DNA from: Patescibacteria group bacterium
GTDB lineage: Bacteria > Patescibacteriota > Minisyncoccia > UBA6257 > HR35
Length of the DNA stretch: 46,002 nucleotides
Assembly: GCA_025060085.1 (NCBI GenBank)
Contig: JANXCM010000001.1
Span: forward strand, 1 to 46,002
Direction of reading: 5' to 3'
This document shows positions 38,840-46,002 of this stretch, one piece after another (the first letter of the stretch is position 1; each line of letters starts with the position of its first letter). The notes under the pieces were generated by a model. That model saw nothing but the letters and a program-made list of their open reading frames with translations. It searched no databases and was not told the origin of the DNA. A program made the position numbers and the translations under genes.

Positions 38840-40471
38840 ATGCCAAAATACATTTTCATTTGTGGCGGTGTAATGTCAGGAGTAGGCAAAGGAATTGCTA
38901 CTGCTTCTATTGCCAAAATTCTTAATTGGTATGGTTATAAAACAACTTGCCTAAAAATTGATCCCTATGTTAATGTTGATGCTGGAACAATGAATCCTAT
39001 TGAACATGGAGAGGTATTCGTTTTAAAAGATGGTACAGAATGCGATCAAGATATGGGACATTATGAACGATTTTTAAATACCGAATTAACCCGTGAAAAC
39101 TATATGACCACTGGTAGTATTTATCTTTCTTTAATTCAAAAGGAAAGAAATCTATATTTTGAAGGTAAATGTGTTGAAGTCGTTCCACATATACCTCTAG
39201 AGGTTATTGAAAAAATTAATAATGCTCAAAAATTTACAAAATCAGAAATAATTATTACTGAAATTGGTGGAACGGTAGGTGAGTATCAAAATTTATTATT
39301 TTTAGAAGCGGTTAGAATTTTAAAACTTCACAAACCTAAGGATGTCCTTTTAATTTTAGTTAGTTATCTTCCTTATCAAGGTGAAGGAATGGAACTAAAA
39401 ACCAAACCTACTCAGTATGCGATTAGAACCCTAAACTCTTCTGGTCTTCAACCTGATTTTGTTTTAGCTCGGGGTGTTAAACCTATAGATGATATTCGTA
39501 AACAAAAAATTGCTTTTAATTGTAATTTAAAAACTTCAGATATTATTTCTGCTCCTGATGAAAAGAATATTTATAAAATTCCTCTAAATTTTGAAAAAGA
39601 TGAATTAGGAATAAAGCTATTAAAAAAATTGAACCTTAAAGCTAAAAATAAAAATAATTCTAATAAAAATATTTGGCGTAAGGAAATAAATAAAATTGAA
39701 AGTTTATCTCAAAAAATTAAGATAGGAATTATTGGAAAATATTTCAAAAGCGGAGATTTTATTCTGAGCGATGCTTATATTTCTGTTATTGAAGCCATTA
39801 AACACGCTAGTTGGAAATTAAACTACCAACCAGAAATAGCCTGGTTAAATTCTGAAGAATATGAAAAAGATAAAAGTAAATTAGAAGAATTAAAAAATTT
39901 TAATGGTATTATCATTCCTGGTGGTTTCGGTGCTAGGGGTGTAGAAGGAAAAATTTTAGCTATAAAATTTTGTCGAGAAAATAAAATCCCTTGTTTTGGT
40001 CTTTGTTATGGATTGCAATTAATGGTTATTGAATTTGCTCGCAATGTTTGTGGATTAAAAAATGCCCATACTACTGAAATAAATCCTAAAACTAAATATC
40101 CTGTTATTGATATTTTAGAAGAGCAGAAAAATTTTTTGAAACAAAAATTATATGGAGGAACGATGAGATTAGGAAACTGGGAATGTAGGGTTAAAAAGGG
40201 AACTATTGCTTATCAAACCTATAAAAAAGAAAAAATAATTGAACGCCATCGTCATCGCTATGAAGTTAATCCTAAATATCATAAAATTTTGGAAAAATTT
40301 GGTTTTATTTTTTCAGGAACATCTCTAAATGGTTTGCTTGTAGAAATTGGTGAATTATCTCAATCAGCTCATCCCTTCTTTTTAGGTACTCAATTTCATC
40401 CTGAACTAAAATCTCGTTTTCTTTATCCCCATCCTTTATTTATAAAGTTTGTTAAAATCTTAATAAGATGA
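38840..40471 (+). CDS. pyrG: CTP synthase
   Basis: 543 aa with KYIFICGGVMSGVGKGI, DPYVNVDAGTMNP.EHGEVFV and the glutaminase domain GFGARG...CFGLCYGLQ...HRHRYEVN. Confidence 0.95.
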   Translation: MPKYIFICGGVMSGVGKGIATASIAKILNWYGYKTTCLKIDPYVNVDAGTMNPIEHGEVFVLKDGTECDQDMGHYERFLNTELTRENYMTTGSIYLSLIQKERNLYFEGKCVEVVPHIPLEVIEKINNAQKFTKSEIIITEIGGTVGEYQNLLFLEAVRILKLHKPKDVLLILVSYLPYQGEGMELKTKPTQYAIRTLNSSGLQPDFVLARGVKPIDDIRKQKIAFNCNLKTSDIISAPDEKNIYKIPLNFEKDELGIKLLKKLNLKAKNKNNSNKNIWRKEINKIESLSQKIKIGIIGKYFKSGDFILSDAYISVIEAIKHASWKLNYQPEIAWLNSEEYEKDKSKLEELKNFNGIIIPGGFGARGVEGKILAIKFCRENKIPCFGLCYGLQLMVIEFARNVCGLKNAHTTEINPKTKYPVIDILEEQKNFLKQKLYGGTMRLGNWECRVKKGTIAYQTYKKEKIIERHRHRYEVNPKYHKILEKFGFIFSGTSLNGLLVEIGELSQSAHPFFLGTQFHPELKSRFLYPHPLFIKFVKILIR

Positions 40472-40503
40472 TAAAAATATTTTTAAATTTAAATTAAAAT
40501 TTT

Positions 40504-43092
40504 ATGGAAGAGGATAAAAATTTTAAATTTTTAAAAATAGTTAATGAGTTAAGAAAAAAATTTGATAGTTCTTTTCCTCCTAATTTTTCTAGAACAATTT
40601 CTTTTAGAATTTATCCTAAGAAAGAATTAAAAAACAGACTAGATAAATGGTTTAATGAAATTTCAGAAGTAAAATTTCTCCATCTAAAAGACATTTATGA
40701 GCGCTTTAAGCATGGAAAAATAAAATTATTCTCTTTTCAAAAATTAAATTATAGTAGCCTCTATAAAGGTAATAGCCTTTTTAATGAACTTAAAAAAAAT
40801 TATAAAATTTTAAACTCTAAAACAATAGAAGGTATTAGGATAGATATTCAAAGTATTTTAAATAGCTTTCTTCAAAATACTAATAGAGTTATTAATCATA
40901 ATAAAAAAATTTTAAGTAGAAATAAAAATAAAATATTATCTTTGAAAGAATTATTTAGTGAAAGAAATATAGAAGAAGAAATTGTATTAATAAAAGAAAT
41001 TTTAAATAAATTTGATGATTTTCAGCAAATAAAAATAGATGAAAATTTTAATTTCAATTCGTGGATAAAGTGCAAATCCATTGCTTTAGAGATTAATCAA
41101 AAGATAAGAGAATTGAATCAGATTATAAATGTTTTAAATATTGAGAATAAATATGAAGTATATCTTAGTAATATTTATGAAATTCCTGATTTTCCTATAG
41201 TAGAAAAATATCAAAATTTAGATGATTATAAAAATAGATTTAATTTAAAAAAACTAGAAGAAGTTAAAAATGAATTTTTTGAAGAATTAGATAAGTTTAA
41301 AAGCACTTATTCTGTTGATTCTTACTTGAATTCTAGTAATTTAAGTTCTCTTTTATCTAATATTAATAATAGATATATAAATGAATATTTAGAACAGATG
41401 ATTGATAATTTTTCTAAGAAAGAAAAATACTTACAAAAAAATAAAAATAGGAAATTTAAATTTAGGTTTATTTACTGGGTTAAACAAAATAAAAATTCAT
41501 TAAATTTGAATGAAATATTAATGAGCTTAATTAATAGAATTAAAAAGGAAGAGAATCATATCAAAACTAAAAATTATATACTTGATAAAAATAGCATTTT
41601 TAAATATCTGGATTCTTTATTATTGTTAGTAGAAATAATTTTTGTTTCCCAGCAGGAACAAAAAAAAAGAAATGAAATTTTAAACAAAATAAATGAAGAA
41701 TTAACTAAATTAAAGTCAATATTAATTAAAGGTAAGAGTATTAAAGATAGCTTTACTATTTCAGGTTTTGGGTGGACTATTTTAAACAATAAGCCTAACA
41801 AACCTAATAAAGCTGCAACTTTATTTTTAGAAAATGATAATAAAAAGAAAATAGGCATAGTTTTAACTACCTCAAATTCGGTTTATGTCTTTAACAAAGA
41901 ATTGATTGATGATAGTATAAATAATAAAAAATTTAAATTTATAGCAATTAAAGGAGGGGCAAGACAAAAAAATAAAAAACAGCCTAAGTCTATGGATATA
42001 AAAGAAGGTTATTTAAATTTGAATAAGGATGAATATAGTTGTTATTTCTATTTAGTTCAAGGAAAATCATATTTAAGAAGATTTTTATTTCATAAAAAAT
42101 GGGGTTTTTTGAATGATAATAAATCTAATAAGTTTTACCCAGCAAATTGTAGATTAAAAAGAATTAAGAATAAACCTGGAGATGATTTTGAATATTATGT
42201 AGATATAACCTTTAGATATAATGGAGAAAATAAAACGATAAATTTTGAAGAAATAAAAAAGGATATTGAATATTTCATAGGAATAGATAGGGGAGAAAAT
42301 ATACCTATGACTATCGCTATAATAAATAAAGAAGGTGAATTTGTTAAAAGCGATTTTTTGGGTGAAAATTTATCTGAAAAATTGAAAGAATTATATAAAA
42401 AGAGAAAGACTAAAATAATTAGAAATAAAATAAAAAGAACTCAAGAAACTATACTTAAACAAAGCATTTCAAAAATTTTATTTTATTTATCAAAATACCC
42501 TGGTTTATTATGCTTAGAGAATTTAAATGTTAATTTTGGGAGAGAAAAAAGTCTTATAGCAAAAAGAACTTATAATAAAGTTATAAAATTTTTAATCTAT
42601 GATTTAGAATTGGTAGGATTAGTAAGAGTCAGAAATAGTAAAATATATGGTTTAATTCATTTAGTTAACCCTAAAAATACGTCAATTATATGTCCTAAAT
42701 GTAATTTTAATTTTAATATTGATGTAAAGAAAAAATATCTTAATAATCTAACAAGTGATGGTTTTAGAGAATTGATCAATAATAAAAAAATAGATTTTAA
42801 AGAAAGAAAATTTAATATAGAAGAAATGGTAATAAAACTTCCTTCGGAATGGTTTTATTATAAAGATCGATCTAATTATCCTTGTAAATATTCTCTAGAA
42901 CAAATAGAAGAAAAAATAAAAAATAATAATTACGAAGAAGCTTTAAAAATATTTAAAACGATAAAGCCAAGGATTTCTAAAGATAAATTTATTTGTTTAA
43001 ATTTTTCTTGTGATTATGAAAATAATGCTGATTTAGTAGGTGCTATAAATATAGCAAAAAGAGGATTAGAATTAATAAATTCTAATCTATAG
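40504..43092 (+). CDS. cas12: compact type V CRISPR effector, Cas12 family (CasX/Cas12e-like C-terminal half), 862 aa
   Basis: The RuvC-I block is YFIGIDRGENIP (D595, nt 42286-42288). A Lys/Arg-rich bridge-helix-like stretch follows (KELYKKRKTKIIRNKIKR). RuvC-II is LLCLENLNVNFGR (E672, nt 42517-42519). The zinc ribbon is split: CPKC (C730/C733) ... CLNFSC (C831/C836). RuvC-III is NADLVGAINIAKRG (D843, nt 43030-43032). The gene lies next to a tracrRNA-like gene, cas4-cas1-cas2 and a CRISPR array. There is no HNH domain. Confidence 0.85.
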   Translation: MEEDKNFKFLKIVNELRKKFDSSFPPNFSRTISFRIYPKKELKNRLDKWFNEISEVKFLHLKDIYERFKHGKIKLFSFQKLNYSSLYKGNSLFNELKKNYKILNSKTIEGIRIDIQSILNSFLQNTNRVINHNKKILSRNKNKILSLKELFSERNIEEEIVLIKEILNKFDDFQQIKIDENFNFNSWIKCKSIALEINQKIRELNQIINVLNIENKYEVYLSNIYEIPDFPIVEKYQNLDDYKNRFNLKKLEEVKNEFFEELDKFKSTYSVDSYLNSSNLSSLLSNINNRYINEYLEQMIDNFSKKEKYLQKNKNRKFKFRFIYWVKQNKNSLNLNEILMSLINRIKKEENHIKTKNYILDKNSIFKYLDSLLLLVEIIFVSQQEQKKRNEILNKINEELTKLKSILIKGKSIKDSFTISGFGWTILNNKPNKPNKAATLFLENDNKKKIGIVLTTSNSVYVFNKELIDDSINNKKFKFIAIKGGARQKNKKQPKSMDIKEGYLNLNKDEYSCYFYLVQGKSYLRRFLFHKKWGFLNDNKSNKFYPANCRLKRIKNKPGDDFEYYVDITFRYNGENKTINFEEIKKDIEYFIGIDRGENIPMTIAIINKEGEFVKSDFLGENLSEKLKELYKKRKTKIIRNKIKRTQETILKQSISKILFYLSKYPGLLCLENLNVNFGREKSLIAKRTYNKVIKFLIYDLELVGLVRVRNSKIYGLIHLVNPKNTSIICPKCNFNFNIDVKKKYLNNLTSDGFRELINNKKIDFKERKFNIEEMVIKLPSEWFYYKDRSNYPCKYSLEQIEEKIKNNNYEEALKIFKTIKPRISKDKFICLNFSCDYENNADLVGAINIAKRGLELINSNL

Positions 43093-43100
43093 TTTAAATA

Positions 43101-43128
43101 TTGACTTTTTAAAAAAGTATAATATAAT
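43101..43128 (+). promoter_or_regulatory. sigma70-like promoter upstream of the tracrRNA candidate (and/or cas4 operon)
   Basis: TTGACT (43101-43106), a 16-nt spacer, then TATAAT (43123-43128). AT-rich DNA produces chance matches, so this is tentative. Confidence 0.4.
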
Positions 43129-43134
43129 TTTAAT

Positions 43135-43250
43135 ATAAGGCCTGGTTAATAAATTAGTTTTAGAGGCCTTAGCTCCTAAAAAAGGTAGCAAAAAGATCAT
43201 ATTTTATAAAGTGGGATATACACCGCCCTCTCAATTGGGGCGGTGTATTA
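43135..43250 (+). ncRNA. tracrRNA candidate (strand not settled)
   Basis: The 22-nt anti-repeat GATCATATTTTATAAAGTGGGA (43195-43216) is the reverse complement of repeat nt 8-29, with one change that still allows a G:U pair. It is flanked by the hairpin TAAGGCCT/AGGCCTTA (43136-43171) and the 11-bp GC-rich hairpin ATACACCGCCC/GGGCGGTGTAT (43218-43248). The ends are estimated from the promoter and the hairpin. Confidence 0.6.
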
Positions 43251-43298
43251 GTTAGCAATAATTTTTAATTTAATGACAAATTTTAAAAATTTTTATTC

Positions 43299-43880
43299 AT
43301 GATAGAGATAAGTTTTTTTGAAAACTATTTGCCAATTACTTATATAGCTGAATTTATTTATTGTCCTAGAGGTGCTGTTTATATGTATTTTAATTGGGAA
43401 AATAATCTAAAAAATAAATTTCTTTATGAAGGATATCTTTATCACAAAAAAATAAAATCTTATCAAGTAAAGCATCGAAAAAATAAACTACAAAGAAAAA
43501 ATATACTTTTATTTAATAATGACTTAAAAATATACGGCTTTTGTGATGTAGTAGAATTTACATTCGATAAAATTTATCCGGTCGAATATAAATCTGGTCT
43601 ACCCAGGATAAATGATTTCAATAAAAGTCAATTATTGCTTCAGTGTTTATGCTTAGAATATATGTTCAACAAAAAAGTAGAAGGAGGTTATATTTATTTC
43701 TACAAAATAAACAAAAGATTTTATTTAAAATTTGATACTAAATTTAGAAATTTCGTTATTAATAAAATTTTTGAATTCAAATCTATTATAGAAAAAATTA
43801 AAAAAACAAAAATAATTGGAAGTAGTATTAATTTATGTAATAAAAGAGGATGTTCTTATTATCAAATATTCAATTTTTAA
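43299..43880 (+). CDS. cas4: Cas4 (RecB-like PD-(D/E)xK nuclease)
   Basis: 193 aa with the N-terminal FIYCPR, EGYLYH, GFCDVVEF...YPVEYKSG, QLLLQCLCLEYMF and the C-terminal Cys pair LCNKRGCSYY. Confidence 0.8.
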   Translation: MIEISFFENYLPITYIAEFIYCPRGAVYMYFNWENNLKNKFLYEGYLYHKKIKSYQVKHRKNKLQRKNILLFNNDLKIYGFCDVVEFTFDKIYPVEYKSGLPRINDFNKSQLLLQCLCLEYMFNKKVEGGYIYFYKINKRFYLKFDTKFRNFVINKIFEFKSIIEKIKKTKIIGSSINLCNKRGCSYYQIFNF

Positions 43881-43937
43881 ATTTAAGATATTAAATTTAA
43901 TTATTTTATTAAAGGATATTTATTAATAATTAACGAA

Positions 43938-44912
43938 ATGACAAGTGTTATTATTTTAGACAAAGAAAAAACAATTAGCGCTTCGAACAAAAAAATTTTA
44001 GTATATGATGGTAAGAAAATAATTAAATCTACACCGGTCTTTATTGTAGAAGACATAATTATTCATATTGATAATAATATAAAGGGAAATTTACTAAAAA
44101 TCTGTTCAAAATATAAAATACCTACTCATTTTATAAGTAAAAATTTAAAATATTACGGGACATTTATGATAGCTAATAGCAAAAATATATTATTAAGAGA
44201 AGTTCAATATTCTAAAAGATTGAATTCAGAATTTTCTCTTAATATTTCTAAAAAATTTATAATAGGCAAAAGGAATAGTCAATTATGGGTATTGAAAAGT
44301 TTAGACAAATCATCTGATTTACCAAATATTAAAATTGATGATATAAAAGATAAGAATCAGCTTCTTGGCATAGAAGGTTTCATAGCGCTTAAATACTGGG
44401 AGCAATTTTCTTATTTGATAAAGAACAAGGAATTTACTTTTAAGAGCAGAACTAAAAATCCTCCTTATGATGAAGTAAATTCTATTTTAAGTTATGGATA
44501 TGTTTTACTTTTATCAAAAATAATTACTAATATTAATTTAGTTGGTTTAGATCCTTATTTTGGATTTTATCATGAAATAAATTATAGAAGACCTTCTTTA
44601 GCTTTAGATCTTATGGAAGAATTTAGGCCATTGGCCGTAGATAAGCTTATTTTAAATTTACTGAATAAGAAAATAATAAAAAAAGAATATTTTGAAAATT
44701 ATCACGGAATATTTATTTTAAAAAGAAATAAACAATACTTTTTCGTAAAAAAATGGATGGATTGGTGGTTTAATAAAAAATTTTATGTTAAATCATTAAA
44801 AAATTCATATACTCTTTCAGAACTATCCTTAAGACAGATAAGAAATTTTGCTAAATATTTAGTGGGCGATATTAATGAATATGAACCATTAAACTTTATT
44901 GGATCAATATGA
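43938..44912 (+). CDS. cas1: Cas1 integrase
   Basis: 324 aa with YGYVLL, GLDPYFGFYHE..YRRPSLALDLMEEFRPLAVDKL. Confidence 0.9.
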   Translation: MTSVIILDKEKTISASNKKILVYDGKKIIKSTPVFIVEDIIIHIDNNIKGNLLKICSKYKIPTHFISKNLKYYGTFMIANSKNILLREVQYSKRLNSEFSLNISKKFIIGKRNSQLWVLKSLDKSSDLPNIKIDDIKDKNQLLGIEGFIALKYWEQFSYLIKNKEFTFKSRTKNPPYDEVNSILSYGYVLLLSKIITNINLVGLDPYFGFYHEINYRRPSLALDLMEEFRPLAVDKLILNLLNKKIIKKEYFENYHGIFILKRNKQYFFVKKWMDWWFNKKFYVKSLKNSYTLSELSLRQIRNFAKYLVGDINEYEPLNFIGSI

Positions 44913-45190
44913 GGTACATCATTTCTTATGATATTTCAGACAATAGTATTCGGCGTAAATTGGTAAACATACTCGAAAAATTTGGTGAAAGAGTTCAGTA
45001 TTCTGTTTTTGAATTTGAGCTCAATGATGAATCTTATGAAAATCTAATTTCAGATCTTAAAGTAAATAGTTTTTTTAGAAAAAGAAGAAATTGTAAAATA
45101 ACAATTTATAAAATAAAACCACATCTTGTAAAACAAATAAAAAGGTACGGATATAAAAGTATTATAGATTCTAAATACGTTATAATGTGA
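44909..45190 (+). CDS. cas2: Cas2
   Basis: 93 aa with MRYIISYDISDNSIRRKLVNILEKFGERVQYSVFEFEL. It overlaps the cas1 stop by 4 nt. Confidence 0.9.
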   Translation: MRYIISYDISDNSIRRKLVNILEKFGERVQYSVFEFELNDESYENLISDLKVNSFFRKRRNCKITIYKIKPHLVKQIKRYGYKSIIDSKYVIM

Positions 45191-45321
45191 TAATTGAGTA
45201 TCTTTTTATTATAAGTATAATTAAAGTTTTTATTCAAAGTTAATTTTTATAGCCTAGGGGAATTGAAAAGAAAATTAATAAAAAATATGTTTAAGTGGAC
45301 AAAAAAATAATACCTTATATC

Positions 45322-45350
45322 TTGAAAAAGAATAGATTATATCTTATAAT
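45322..45350 (+). promoter_or_regulatory. candidate leader promoter for the CRISPR array
   Basis: TTGAAA (45322-45327), a 17-nt spacer, then TATAAT (45345-45350). It sits ~70 nt upstream of the first repeat within the AT-rich 230-nt leader (45191-45420). Confidence 0.4.
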
Positions 45351-45420
45351 TTTAAAATAAATATGTTTTATAAAAATTATCTTCTTTTTATAATCACTAA
45401 TAAAAAATCATAAATTCGCT

Positions 45421-46002
45421 GTTTGAGTCCCACTTTATAAGATATGATCACTAAAACGTATTATCTCCTTTATTACTCTGCTAAATATGGTATTTCTCCA
45501 TGTTTGAGTCCCACTTTATAAGATATGATCACTAAAACTTATTTTCGCCCTTGATTTTTTCAAAACAAAATTTAAGTTTGAGTCCCACTTTATAAGATAT
45601 GATCACTAAAACAAAAATTGAATTGTAATCATATCCATGTTTGGAATTCAGAAGTTTGAGTCCCACTTTATAAGATATGATCACTAAAACGCAACTCTCT
45701 AATTCTGCTCCTCTCGCTAGATCAATGTTTGAGTCCCACTTTATAAGATATGATCACTAAAACCGTTTTCAAATTAAATTTATCAATACGGTTTTGAAAA
45801 ATATCTAATGTTTGAGTCCCACTTTATAAGATATGATCACTAAAACTTCAAAACAGAATTAACAAATTTAATTTTAAGACGGCAAATAAAAGTTTGAGTC
45901 CCACTTTATAAGATATGATCACTAAAACTATTTAGTGTTAAATTAACTTTTTTTATAGGTTGTGTTCGTTTGAGTCCCACTTTATAAGATATGATCACTA
46001 AA
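45421..46002 (+). CRISPR. CRISPR array, 37-nt repeat, at least 8 repeats (truncated by window end)
   Basis: The repeat GTTTGAGTCCCACTTTATAAGATATGATCACTAAAAC starts at 45421, 45502, 45576, 45654, 45727, 45810, 45892 and 45968. The last copy is cut at 46002. All copies are identical. The unique spacers are 44, 37, 41, 36, 46, 45 and 39 nt. The strand is assigned from the leader promoter only. Confidence 0.97.

Noticed and set aside
5097-41858. Antisense or shadow ORFs from the track: 5097..5297, 6129..6317, 16636..16845, 21180..21419, 22429..22617, 24021..24203, 27527..27718, 29591..29827, 35864..36082, 37665..37868, 38997..39188 and 41574..41858.
   Set aside because: Each lies fully inside a longer ORF on the opposite strand. 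Most of those longer ORFs have clear family motifs (infB, pnp, rpsL, pyrG, cas12 and others). The shadow ORFs are short and low-complexity, as expected by chance in AT-rich DNA.
40504-43092. The effector as Cas9, given the tracrRNA and a II-B-like gene order.
   Set aside because: There is no HNH motif and no N-terminal RuvC-I. All three RuvC motifs lie in the C-terminal 270 aa with a zinc ribbon, which is the Cas12/TnpB arrangement.
40504-43092. The effector as CasY/Cas12d, the type V system best known from CPR bacteria.
   Set aside because: As I recall them, Cas12d systems use short (~26-nt) repeats, very short spacers and a scoutRNA with only a few complementary bases. They usually lack cas4. 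Here the repeat is 37 nt, the anti-repeat is 22 nt, and the RuvC/zinc-ribbon blocks look CasX-like.
43157-43163. A second mini anti-repeat, GTTTTAG, complementary to the last 7 nt of the repeat (CTAAAAC) and located 5' of the main anti-repeat.
   Set aside because: A 7-nt match in AT-rich sequence is likely to be chance. It also lies in the loop of the predicted first hairpin. It is kept only as a note for RNA co-folding.
45381-45407. A possible degenerate repeat remnant in the leader. CTTTTTATAA-TCACTAATAAAA resembles the repeat blocks CTTTATAA and TCACTAAAAC with the central GATATGA missing.
   Set aside because: Only two short AT-rich blocks match. That cannot be told from chance in this composition. 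If real, it would argue that the cas2-proximal end is the trailer, so it is worth re-checking once the full array is available.
1-46002. Alternative genetic code (UGA as sense, as in Gracilibacteria/Absconditabacteria).
   Set aside because: Long conserved genes (fusA, pnp, pyrG, rnj, infB) are uninterrupted under the standard code. Several genes end credibly at TGA (for example rbfA and the pilin paralogs). The only interrupted genes are explained by TAA codons or by a frameshift.

Overview
This is a very AT-rich, tightly packed bacterial chromosomal segment. The gene content suggests a small-genome CPR/Patescibacteria-type organism (inference): an N-terminally short IF-2, many small membrane proteins, tandem pilin-like genes, almost no Shine-Dalgarno sequences, and standard stop codons. 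Most of the window is housekeeping. It holds pgk, comM, a cysteine desulfurase, tsaD, an AI-2E transporter, a YkuK/EndoQ pair, a degenerate Clp-like AAA+ protein, an LCP protein and murE. It also holds infB-rbfA, rplJ-rplL, a Xer recombinase, rpsO-NYN-pnp, rpsL-rpsG-fusA, three pseudopilin-like genes, RNase J, a frameshifted P-type ATPase and pyrG. There are five tRNAs: Leu-UAG, Cys-GCA, Glu-UUC, Val-CAC and Leu-CAG. Seven tandem paralogous pilin-like membrane genes lie at 5.0-9.2 kb. The stand-out is the last ~5.5 kb, a complete type V CRISPR-Cas locus placed directly after pyrG. It consists of an 862-aa Cas12-family effector, a tracrRNA-like gene, cas4-cas1-cas2, and a CRISPR array cut by the window end. 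The effector has the RuvC triad D595/E672/D843, and its C-terminal blocks look CasX/Cas12e-like from my memory of those sequences. The tracrRNA-like gene carries a 22-nt anti-repeat. The array has identical 37-nt repeats and unusually variable spacer lengths (36-46 nt). The compact effector, the gene order and the host type make this the candidate for a new or poorly described type V lineage. All family calls rest on motif reading by eye; no searches were run.
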